A DNA stretch of 64,000 nucleotides. Origin: an uncultured Verrucomicrobiae bacterium. GTDB lineage: Bacteria > Verrucomicrobiota > Verrucomicrobiia > Chthoniobacterales > UBA10450. The stretch's first letter is position 1. Each line of letters starts with the position of its first letter. Below are positions 20,048-28,452 of the stretch, in pieces. Location: contig CAVSDR010000003.1 in NCBI GenBank assembly GCA_963726745.1, forward strand, positions 352,001-416,000. The letters run 5' to 3'. The translations under genes and the position numbers were made by a program. The notes under the pieces are model-generated. The model worked only from the letters and a program-made list of their open reading frames with translations. It had not been told where the DNA came from and made no database searches.

Positions 20048-20848
20048 TCACAACTCTAGCTTCAGGCCGTCGTAGGCAATGAAAGTATTCGGCGGCAGCT
20101 CGGCCTCCGCGCTGTGCGCCAGCTCGTGCGCGATGTGCGTGAAGAAAGTGCGCTCCGGCTGCACGCGGCTGGCGGCTTCGATCGCCTGGTCCACGCTCAG
20201 GTGCGTCGGGTGCGGCTTCGGGCGGAGCGCATCGACAATGAACACTTTCACGCCGCGGATCTTGTCGGCTATTTCGTCCGGGACCGCGCTGCAATCGCTC
20301 AGGTAGGCGACCAGCTTTTCGCCCCCGCGGGAAAAGAGGTAGCCGTAGACTTCGGTGTGCCCGTGCGGCACCGGCAGCGGCGTGAGCGTGGTCGCGCCGA
20401 GCTGGAACGGCCCATCGACGATGTGCGGCTCCGGTTTCAGGTAACCGGGAAACGGATTTGTCGCCTTGAAGGCGAACTCAAAAACGCGGGCCAGATCTTT
20501 CATCGTCGCGGCCGAGGCGTAGACCGGCATGTAGCCCTTGGCCGCGCCAAAGCGGCGGAGGTCGTCGAAGCCCATCACGTGGTCGGTGTGCGAGTGCGTG
20601 AAGACGACCGCATCGAGATGCCGGATCTTTGCCCGCAGCGCCTGCGTGCGGAAATCCGTGCCGGTATCGACCACCAGGGAGCACTCCGGCGTTTCGATGA
20701 AAATCGACGAGCGCAGCCGCTGGTCGCGCGGGTCGGGCGAAGTGCAGACCGCGCAGTCGCAGCCGATCATGGGGACGCCCTGCGAGGTGCCGGTGCCGAG
20801 AAAAGTGAGGGAAAGTTGAGAGTTGATGGCGGAGCGGTGAAAGTTCAG
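20048..20848 (-). CDS. MBL-fold metallo-hydrolase (PhnP/YycJ-like); start codon uncertain
   Basis: FLGTGTSQGVPMIGC.C.VC.S.DPRD.RLRSS, THSHTDHVMG, YLSDC, THIAH, AYDG; conserved N-terminal motif lies upstream of the ATG at 20770. Confidence 0.85.
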   Translation of the reverse strand: MNFHRSAINSQLSLTFLGTGTSQGVPMIGCDCAVCTSPDPRDQRLRSSIFIETPECSLVVDTGTDFRTQALRAKIRHLDAVVFTHSHTDHVMGFDDLRRFGAAKGYMPVYASAATMKDLARVFEFAFKATNPFPGYLKPEPHIVDGPFQLGATTLTPLPVPHGHTEVYGYLFSRGGEKLVAYLSDCSAVPDEIADKIRGVKVFIVDALRPKPHPTHLSVDQAIEAASRVQPERTFFTHIAHELAHSAEAELPPNTFIAYDGLKLEL

Positions 20849-20893
20849 AACGCGAAGCGAGCACTCTCACTCCGCAACCTGCAAGACTCAACC

Positions 20894-22549
20894 ATGCCCG
20901 CCGTCCTCCAGCTCCTGCGCATCAAAAACCTCGCGCTGGTCGAAGACCTCCAGTGGCAGCTCGGCCCGGGCTTTACCGCGATCACCGGCGAGACCGGCGC
21001 GGGCAAGTCGATCATCATCGGCGCGCTCCAGCTCTTGTTAGGCGAACGCGCCGACAAAACGCTCATCCGCACCGGCGCGGAGCTCTGCACGGTCGAAGCG
21101 GTCTTCGAGGGCGCGGAGCTGCGGAAATTAAACAGCAAGCTGGAGGAAGCGGGCGTGGAACCGTGCGAAACCGAGCTGATTTTGAAGCGCTCGCTTTCCG
21201 CCAGCGGGACGAACCGCCAGTTCATCAACGGCTCGCCGACCACGCTCGCCGTCTTGAAGTCGTTAGGCGACGAATTGGTCGATCTCCATGGCCCGCACGA
21301 TCACCAGTCGCTCCTCTCGCCGGAGCGGCAGCTCGGGTTGCTCGACGCCTTTGCGCACGCGGAGACGGCGGAGTTCTCCGCGAAGTTCCGCGCGCTTCAG
21401 GCGCTGGTCGCGGAGCGCGAGACCTTGAGCACGGCGGAGTCGGCGCGGGCGCAGGAGCTGGATTTGTTGCGCCACCAGGTCGCGGAAATCTCCAGCGCCA
21501 ACCTCGCCCCGGAGGAGGAAGCGGAGATCGAGGCGCGCTACAAATTAGGCAGCAACTCGAAGCGCCTGATCGAGCTGGCCAGCGCCGTGGCCACGCGTTT
21601 GACCGAGGCAGACGACGCCATCGTCGCGCAACTCGGCGAGACGCAGCGTTTGTTGCGCGAGCTGGAAAAGATCGACCCGGAAATCGCCGACCTCTCCGCG
21701 GCCCACGCCGCGAGCGTGACCGAGCTGGGCGAGATCGCGCGCACCTTGATCCATTATGCCGACAAGCTCGACCTCGACCCGGCGCAGCTGAGCGCGCTCG
21801 AGCAACGCGTCTCGCTTTTCGAGACGCTCAAGCGCAAATACGGCGCGACCTTGCCGGAAGTGATCGCGTTTGGCGACGCCGCCGCGGAGCGGATGCGCAA
21901 GATCGAGGGGCGCGACGAGGAATTGGAACGGCTCGCGGGCGCGATCGCGCAGGCACAATCGGAGGTGAAACGCGCGGGCGAAGCGCTGCATAAGCTGCGG
22001 GCCAAAGCCGCGCCGAAGTTGTCGGCTAAAATTCGCGAGAACCTGCGCGACCTCGGTTTTCGACAATCGGAGTTCGAGGTGAAACTGGAGTCGTTAGGCG
22101 AGCCAAACCTCCGGGGCTACGACGCGGTCGAGCTGCTCTTCTCCCCCAACCCCGGCGAACCGCTCAAGCCGCTGCGCAGCATCGCTTCCAGTGGCGAAAT
22201 CTCGCGCTTGATGCTCGCAATCAAGGGCGCGCTCGCGGCGCAGGATGCGATTCCGCTGCTCGTCTTTGACGAGATCGACGCCAACGTGGGCGGCGAAATC
22301 GCCAACGCCGTGGGCGCGAAGATGCGCGCGCTCGCGGAGGAGCATCAGGTGCTTTGCATCACCCACCTGCCGCAAGTCGCAGCCGCGGCCAGCGCGCATT
22401 TTGTGGTTACCAAGGAAGTCGCCGGTGGCCGCACGTACTCCGAGTTGCGCGAGGTCACGAGCAAAGCCCGCCGCGAAGAAATCGCGCGCATGCTCGGGGG
22501 CGCGAGTGAATCCGCCCTGCGCCACGCGGCCACGCTCCTGAAAGCCTGA
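20894..22549 (+). CDS. recN: DNA repair protein RecN
   Basis: ITGETGAGKS, HGPHDHQSLL, ASSGEISRLMLA, FDEID, ITHLPQVAA, EIARMLGG. Confidence 0.95.
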   Translation: MPAVLQLLRIKNLALVEDLQWQLGPGFTAITGETGAGKSIIIGALQLLLGERADKTLIRTGAELCTVEAVFEGAELRKLNSKLEEAGVEPCETELILKRSLSASGTNRQFINGSPTTLAVLKSLGDELVDLHGPHDHQSLLSPERQLGLLDAFAHAETAEFSAKFRALQALVAERETLSTAESARAQELDLLRHQVAEISSANLAPEEEAEIEARYKLGSNSKRLIELASAVATRLTEADDAIVAQLGETQRLLRELEKIDPEIADLSAAHAASVTELGEIARTLIHYADKLDLDPAQLSALEQRVSLFETLKRKYGATLPEVIAFGDAAAERMRKIEGRDEELERLAGAIAQAQSEVKRAGEALHKLRAKAAPKLSAKIRENLRDLGFRQSEFEVKLESLGEPNLRGYDAVELLFSPNPGEPLKPLRSIASSGEISRLMLAIKGALAAQDAIPLLVFDEIDANVGGEIANAVGAKMRALAEEHQVLCITHLPQVAAAASAHFVVTKEVAGGRTYSELREVTSKARREEIARMLGGASESALRHAATLLKA

Positions 22550-22552
22550 CGG

Positions 22553-23836
22553 CTATTTCTTCGGCTGGAGGATGCGATCTCCGGCGCGCGCGGCCGGCTG
22601 GATTTCCCACCCGGGACGGAGCTCGAGCTTCCAACCCGCGCCCTCAGGCGCCGGCACGGTGATGCGGGAGAAGTCGGAACTTAGGAGCGCGCCGCCGCGC
22701 GTGACCGTGAGGATGCCCCATTCGTCGACGATGCGGATCTTCGGGTAAACGGTGCCGGGCGCGCCCAGCGGAACGAGATCGCCGGGATCGAACTGCAGCT
22801 GCATTTTCGCCAACGGGATGATCAAAACGGGACCGTCGACGAGGCGGGCGCGATAGTCGGCCCGGCGCGCGGCGTGTTCCCGCTCGCGACGTTCCTCGGT
22901 TTCCTCCAGTTCCTGCGCGCCATAGCTCGCGGCGCGCTTCGCGGCGAGGGCGGCGAGGTTCGTGGGCAATTCGAACTGAACGGCCCGCGCCAGCAGCGCC
23001 GCCAGGTCGTCGTCTATTTTTAACGCTTTCCGCCAGCCGGGCTGCGCGTCGTCTAAGAGGAGCCCGTAAGCAGGACCGGTGGCGTAGGCAAAAGCGCGGA
23101 CAAAACTCGGCTGCCGCGGCGCCTCGGCCAATTCGTGTTCGACGACAAATCGAGGCCGATCGGCGCGCGCACCCAGCCTGACGCCGGTGTATTCCGCGAG
23201 GCCTTCGTTGATCTCCAGCGCGCGCTCGGCCGCGGCCGCCGTGGGAAAAATTTCCCGCCGGCGCGCCCGGAAAAGAAGCGCATCGCCCGTGGCCGCGGCG
23301 CGCTTCTCGGCAGAAGCCTGCAAAGCCGCCGCGAGCGCGCGCCACTCGAGCTGCAACCAAGAACGACCCTCGCGGGTGTCGAGGTGCTCATTGCCCATCT
23401 CCTCGCTCGCGAAACCGAGATCCGCTTGCACGCGATGCCAGAGCTCATGCGCCAGGAGGACGCGGCGCCGTTCCTCATCCGCCGGCAACGGCAGCCGCAG
23501 CATCGTCCACCGCACCCCGGCCCAGGCGAGCGCGGTATTGGCTACGTTGATCTCGACGGGTAATTCGCCCACGAAGATTTTCCCGCGCGGTTGCAGGCGG
23601 CCTTCGGCATCGGCCTGGTTGGCGAAGACGGCGCGCGTGCCGGGGTCGACCAGGAGGATCGGGCCGCAGAGCGAGCGGCCCCAGAGGGCGCCGCCATCCG
23701 CCGTGCAGAGATTCCGGGCGCTTTCGAACGCGGCCGCGGCTGCGGGTGCACCTGTCTCCCCGTCGCCGGCGCCAGCGCCGCGTCCGCAAATTCCGGTCGC
23801 GAGAAAGATCCAGCCTGCGAGGACGACGGGACGCAT
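22553..23836 (-). CDS. Secreted hypothetical protein with HExxH...EGxAEY motif (possible zinc peptidase)
   Basis: Signal-peptide-like N-terminus; AHELWH and NEGLAEYTG. Confidence 0.55.
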   Translation of the reverse strand: MRPVVLAGWIFLATGICGRGAGAGDGETGAPAAAAAFESARNLCTADGGALWGRSLCGPILLVDPGTRAVFANQADAEGRLQPRGKIFVGELPVEINVANTALAWAGVRWTMLRLPLPADEERRRVLLAHELWHRVQADLGFASEEMGNEHLDTREGRSWLQLEWRALAAALQASAEKRAAATGDALLFRARRREIFPTAAAAERALEINEGLAEYTGVRLGARADRPRFVVEHELAEAPRQPSFVRAFAYATGPAYGLLLDDAQPGWRKALKIDDDLAALLARAVQFELPTNLAALAAKRAASYGAQELEETEERREREHAARRADYRARLVDGPVLIIPLAKMQLQFDPGDLVPLGAPGTVYPKIRIVDEWGILTVTRGGALLSSDFSRITVPAPEGAGWKLELRPGWEIQPAARAGDRILQPKK

Positions 23837-23876
23837 GCACTAGAGAGACGCCGCCAGCGCCGGCTTTTGCCTCCCG

Positions 23877-24731
23877 CTAGAGTTGCTCCACGCGGCAGCC
23901 GCGTTTTCGCAGGAGCGCAAGCAGGCCGTTTGGCCCGCCCATGTGCGCCGCGCCGACGACGATCATGGTGGTGCGCCCGCCGCCCAGATAGCCTTCGATC
24001 TTCGGGAGCCAGCGGAGGTTGCGATCCTCCAGGAGGCGATCGGCCAGCACGGGATAATCGCGATAGCTCGAGCGAGTGGAACGCCAGAGAAAATCGGCGT
24101 CGCCGCGGCGCCAGGCGGCGACCACGTCGCGGCCGCTCGCGCCTTCGGTTTGCGGGACAAACGTGAGCAAAAGCGTGGCCTCCGCCTGCACATCGCTCAT
24201 CCCGACAAAGACGTCGGCATGTTCGCGGGCCGATTCCAGCCCGGCGGTGGCCTTGCCGTTGGTGCGCGCGCGCCGGGTGAGGAACTCCTCCACCCCGAGA
24301 TCGTGGGAAAAGCCGCCGGCGTTCGGATTCTCGAAGTAGAAAGCCAGCAGCCACGGGCGGTAGCGGGCGAACTTTTCCTCTGGCACGCGCAAGAGAGCGA
24401 AGATGCGGCGGAGGTACTCGTAGGTCCGCGGATCGACGTGCCGCTGGAGGCTGTCGCCGCGGGGATACTCGCCCGCTTTCTCCATGCTCTCGGAACTGCG
24501 CTCGAGCGCGCCCGGTTCGACCTCGAAGACGAGCCGCGTAGAGGCCTCGAAGGCGCGGTTGTATTCCGGCGGCAGCGGGTAATCGATCCCGCGGAGCGAG
24601 TGCATCGAGCCAGCGAGATAGATCACCTGGCCCTTGGCATTGGTCGCGCGCCAGACGGCGCTGCCGGCGCGGGCGCTCGCGGGCAGGAGGAGCAAAAGCA
24701 GGAGACCAACGAAGCCGCGCAGCGTGAGCAT
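23877..24731 (-). CDS. TraB/GumN family protein
   Basis: W......IYLAGSMH, LVFEV, RPW, GVE, GLES, LLEDRNLRW, VVGAAHMGGPNGLLALLRKRG. Confidence 0.88.
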   Translation of the reverse strand: MLTLRGFVGLLLLLLLPASARAGSAVWRATNAKGQVIYLAGSMHSLRGIDYPLPPEYNRAFEASTRLVFEVEPGALERSSESMEKAGEYPRGDSLQRHVDPRTYEYLRRIFALLRVPEEKFARYRPWLLAFYFENPNAGGFSHDLGVEEFLTRRARTNGKATAGLESAREHADVFVGMSDVQAEATLLLTFVPQTEGASGRDVVAAWRRGDADFLWRSTRSSYRDYPVLADRLLEDRNLRWLPKIEGYLGGGRTTMIVVGAAHMGGPNGLLALLRKRGCRVEQL

Positions 24732-24811
24732 GTGGCGGCGTTCTAACAAGTCGTCGCGCGGCGGACAAGTTCGCGCTTGGAATGCGCCCGCACGCGACCT
24801 ACAAAACCGGC

Positions 24812-25858
24812 ATGAGCCCGGCGCGGTCCATCTTGCTGGCTGTTTTTCTCCTCGCCGTGGTCCTTTTCGCGACCGCGGCCCGGGCGCAGGACCCGGCGAT
24901 CGAGCGTCTTTTAAAGAAACTCCCGCCACCGGAAAAGCTGGTGAAACCGCCGGTTAAACGCGTGCTCGAGAGCCGCGAGCAGGTGCTGCAGGATCCACTC
25001 GCGCGTCAGGCGGTGGAAAGTTATTTCCGCGGCAACGCCGTCGCGACCACCAACGCCTTGCGCGCGCTGCGCTTAAAATATCCAAACAGCGCCGCGGCCC
25101 AGGAATTATGCGGCATTCTCGCCTGCGCCGCGCGGCAATTTCCGGAAGCGATCGCGGCGCTCCAGCGCGCGCTTGTGCTCGATCCGCGGCGGGCCTCGGC
25201 GCATCTCGGTTTGGCCTTGATCGATTGGGCCCAAGGCCGGCGCGGCGCGGCCTTGCCGCATCTCCGGCGCGTAACCGAGATTGAGCCCGGCTGGGCGGAA
25301 GCCTGGATTTTGTTGAGCGGTTGCGAAGAGGAACTGGGCCATCGCCAGCCGAGCGCGGAGGCCGCGCGCCGCGCGACCACGACCAACCCCGCGCTGCTCG
25401 ATGCCTGGGTGCAACTGGCGCGCGCCGAGAACCGGCTCGGGAACGCGCAGGGCTCGGTGCGCGCGCTGGCCAAGGCGAGCGAACTCGCACCGGATAACGC
25501 CGCCATCCAGGCGACCGCCGGCTTTGGATTTATCAACGTGAACCGTTGCGCGGAGGCGGTGCGCCCGCTCGCGCGCGCGGTGCAACTGGCGCCGAAGGAT
25601 TACCTGGTGCGCGCGCAATTTGGCTTCGCGCTCTTCGCCGCGGGACAAAACCAGGCGGCGATTGAACAGCTGCGCCGCGCGGCGGCGATCAACTCCAGCT
25701 ACGGCCCGGCGTGGGAACATCTTGGCCTCGCTTACCAGCGCGCCGGCTTGCATCGCGAAGCGCTGGAAGCGTTCCAAAAAGCGGCGCGCCTGCTGCCGAA
25801 TGATCCGCATCCGCGGCAACACCTGGCCGAGGAACAGCGCTTCGTCGCGCGGCGCTAA
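24812..25858 (+). CDS. Secreted tetratricopeptide repeat protein
   Basis: Signal peptide; repeated A..LQRAL.LDP..A.A...LG TPR-type units. Confidence 0.82.
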   Translation: MSPARSILLAVFLLAVVLFATAARAQDPAIERLLKKLPPPEKLVKPPVKRVLESREQVLQDPLARQAVESYFRGNAVATTNALRALRLKYPNSAAAQELCGILACAARQFPEAIAALQRALVLDPRRASAHLGLALIDWAQGRRGAALPHLRRVTEIEPGWAEAWILLSGCEEELGHRQPSAEAARRATTTNPALLDAWVQLARAENRLGNAQGSVRALAKASELAPDNAAIQATAGFGFINVNRCAEAVRPLARAVQLAPKDYLVRAQFGFALFAAGQNQAAIEQLRRAAAINSSYGPAWEHLGLAYQRAGLHREALEAFQKAARLLPNDPHPRQHLAEEQRFVARR

Positions 25859-27184
25859 ATGCTGAACAAGATCTGGCTCGCGCTCATCCTGCTGGCTGTC
25901 GGGATCGGCGGTTGGATGAACCGCCTGCCGGCGGTGACGGAAGGCGCCTTCGAAGGCGCGAAGACGGCAGTCACGATCGCGCTCGGGTTGATCGGAATCA
26001 TGGCGCTCTGGCTGGGCGTGATGCGCCTGGCGGAACGCGCCGGCCTGGTGCAACGCCTCGCGCGCGGACTGCGGCCGGTGATGAAGCGACTTTTCCCCGG
26101 CGTGCCGGAGGACCATCCGGCGATGGGCTCGATGCTAATGAACATGGCGGCCAACATGCTCGGCCTCGGGAACGCGGCCACGCCGCTCGGCCTCCGGGCG
26201 ATGCGCGACCTGGAGACGATCAACCCGCATCCCGGCACGGCGACGAACGCGATGTGCACCTTTCTCGCGATCAACACCAGCTCGGTCCAGCTCATTCCCA
26301 CGACCGCGATCGCCATTCTCGTGAGCGCCGGTTCGCGCAACCCGACGGCCATCGTCGGCACATCGCTGTTGGCCACGCTCTGCGCGGCGACGGTTGCCAT
26401 CACGATGGTGAAATTGCTCGAGAAGCTGCCGCTCTTCGCGGTCCGGCCGCACGAGTTGCCGCCTAAAACAGCCGACACTTTGGAGCCGCCGGTGGAAAGC
26501 CTTCTGCCGACCGCGCCGCCGCGGGTGCCCGGCTGGGGCGTGGCGCTGCTGACGTTGCTCGGGCTGTTCTTCGTCGCGCTCTTCATCCGGCAGGTTTTCC
26601 CGGAAACACTCGGTCTGCCGCTGGCGGCCACGCCGCTTCCACAGAGCTATTTCGTGCGCAGCGTGAGCGCACTTTCCATGCTGGCGATCCCGCTCCTGCT
26701 CTCGTTCTTCACCCTCTACGCCGCGCTTTGCGGGCTAAAGGTTTACGAGGAATTCGTCGAAGGGGCGAAGGAAGGTTTTGCCGTCATTCTCAAGATCATC
26801 CCTTTCCTCGTGACCATGCTGGTGGCGATCAACATGTTCAAAGGCGCCGGCGGGATCGATCTCCTGGCACAGGCGCTTTCGCCGATCCTAACCCCGCTGC
26901 ATTTCCCGACCGATCTCCTCCCGATCGCGCTCATGCGCCCGCTGAGCGGCGGCGCGACCCTGGCGCTTTTCACCGACGTGGTCCACCGGCTCGGACCGGA
27001 TAATTTAGTCAGCCTGATGGCCGCAACGGTTTACGGAAGCACCGAGACCACCTTCTACGTGGCCGCGGTTTACTTCGGCGCCGTGGGGGTAAAACAGACG
27101 CGGCACGCCATTCCCGCCGGGCTCCTGGCGGATTTCACCGGTGTGGTCGCCTCGGTTTTGATCTGCCGCGCGGTCCTGGCCTAA
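25859..27184 (+). CDS. spmAB: SpmA/SpmB fusion (nucleoside-recognition Gate domain membrane protein)
   Basis: NMAANMLGLGNAATPLGL.AM, FLAINTSSVQL (SpmA); YEEFVEGAKEG, MRPLSG, GSTETTFYV..VYFGAVG...TRHA (SpmB). Confidence 0.88.
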   Translation: MLNKIWLALILLAVGIGGWMNRLPAVTEGAFEGAKTAVTIALGLIGIMALWLGVMRLAERAGLVQRLARGLRPVMKRLFPGVPEDHPAMGSMLMNMAANMLGLGNAATPLGLRAMRDLETINPHPGTATNAMCTFLAINTSSVQLIPTTAIAILVSAGSRNPTAIVGTSLLATLCAATVAITMVKLLEKLPLFAVRPHELPPKTADTLEPPVESLLPTAPPRVPGWGVALLTLLGLFFVALFIRQVFPETLGLPLAATPLPQSYFVRSVSALSMLAIPLLLSFFTLYAALCGLKVYEEFVEGAKEGFAVILKIIPFLVTMLVAINMFKGAGGIDLLAQALSPILTPLHFPTDLLPIALMRPLSGGATLALFTDVVHRLGPDNLVSLMAATVYGSTETTFYVAAVYFGAVGVKQTRHAIPAGLLADFTGVVASVLICRAVLA

Positions 27185-27246
27185 CGGAAAGGGGAATTTT
27201 TCCCTCGCTCGCAGCGACGGGCTTTCCTATCGTCTCGGCTCGAAAC

Positions 27247-28428
27247 ATGATCCAGCGCGACTATCTCATCATCGGCGGCGGCATTGCCGGCGGCAGCGTA
27301 TGCGAAAGCATCCGCAAATACGACAAACGCGGATCAGTCACGCTCGTGGGCGCGGAAGCTTTCCCACCTTACAAGCGCTGGATGCTCTCGAAGAGCTTCC
27401 TGCGCGAGAAAGTCCCGCCGACAAAGAAGCTCCCGCACCTCGACGCGCAGTGGTACAACACTCACAAGATCGAGGCCCGCTTCGGCACCGTGGTTACGCA
27501 GTTAAACATCGACCGCCGCCTGGCCGTGCTCGGTAACGGCGAGACGATCGAGTTCAACAAAGCTTGCCTCGCGATGGGCAGCCGCCCGTTGCGTCCACCA
27601 GTGGCCGGCGTCGGTCTCGGCAATGTAATTTACCTGCGGACGACGCGCGACGCCATGGCCCTGCGGGAAATGGCGAGCCTCGAGAAAATGATCGTGGTCG
27701 TGGGCGGCGGATTGCTCGCCTGCGAGGTCGCCTCAAGCCTCAAGCAGCTCAAGTTCAAGGTGAGCATGATGCACCGGAACGCGTTTCTCCTGAATCGCTA
27801 CCTCGACCGCGAGACCGGCGACTGGCTTACCGGCTACTTCACGAAACACGGAGTCAGCCTCTTGTTAGGCGAAAGCCTTAACGGCTTCGAAGGCAAAACC
27901 GTCCTGCGCAACATCCAGACAAAGAGCGGCAACCGCGTGGCCGCCGGCGTGGCCGTAGTTGCATGCGGTTCCGAACCGAACCTCGAGCTCGTGCGGAACA
28001 CGCCGCTTTCCGGCCCGCACGGTTCACCCGTAAGCGAGTATCTCGAAACCGAGGAAAAGGGCATCTATGCCGTGGGCGATCTCGCTTTCTACCCGGACCG
28101 TTTAATGGGCGGCATGCGCCGGCAAACGCATTGGGAAAACGCGCGCGAGCAAGGCTTGGTCGCGGGCGCAAACATGACCGGCAAGAAACGCATCCGCTAC
28201 GAGCAAGTGCCGAACTTCTGGACGGAGATGTTCGATCTGCGACTGGACTTTGTCGGCGACTTCAGCCTTCCCGCGGGACGCCTCGCGACCACCGGGACGC
28301 ACGCGAAAAAGAAGTTCACCACCCGCGGCTACCAGGGCGACAAACTCCGTTCCATCCTCCTGTGCAACGGCACGCCGAAGGAAGTGGAAGCGGCCAAGAC
28401 GGAATTGCGCACTGCGCTCGGGAAGTAA
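27247..28428 (+). CDS. FAD/NAD(P)-dependent oxidoreductase (ferredoxin reductase-like)
   Basis: IIGGGIAG, PY.R..LSK, VVGGGLLACEVA, IYAVGD, HWENAREQG..AG.NM. Confidence 0.85.
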   Translation: MIQRDYLIIGGGIAGGSVCESIRKYDKRGSVTLVGAEAFPPYKRWMLSKSFLREKVPPTKKLPHLDAQWYNTHKIEARFGTVVTQLNIDRRLAVLGNGETIEFNKACLAMGSRPLRPPVAGVGLGNVIYLRTTRDAMALREMASLEKMIVVVGGGLLACEVASSLKQLKFKVSMMHRNAFLLNRYLDRETGDWLTGYFTKHGVSLLLGESLNGFEGKTVLRNIQTKSGNRVAAGVAVVACGSEPNLELVRNTPLSGPHGSPVSEYLETEEKGIYAVGDLAFYPDRLMGGMRRQTHWENAREQGLVAGANMTGKKRIRYEQVPNFWTEMFDLRLDFVGDFSLPAGRLATTGTHAKKKFTTRGYQGDKLRSILLCNGTPKEVEAAKTELRTALGK

Positions 28429-28452
28429 GCGAAATTTGGGGTATCATCCCCG

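Noticed and set aside
25859..27184. Spore maturation protein suggesting sporulation
   Set aside because: SpmAB homologues are widespread in non-sporulating bacteria; no other sporulation genes here
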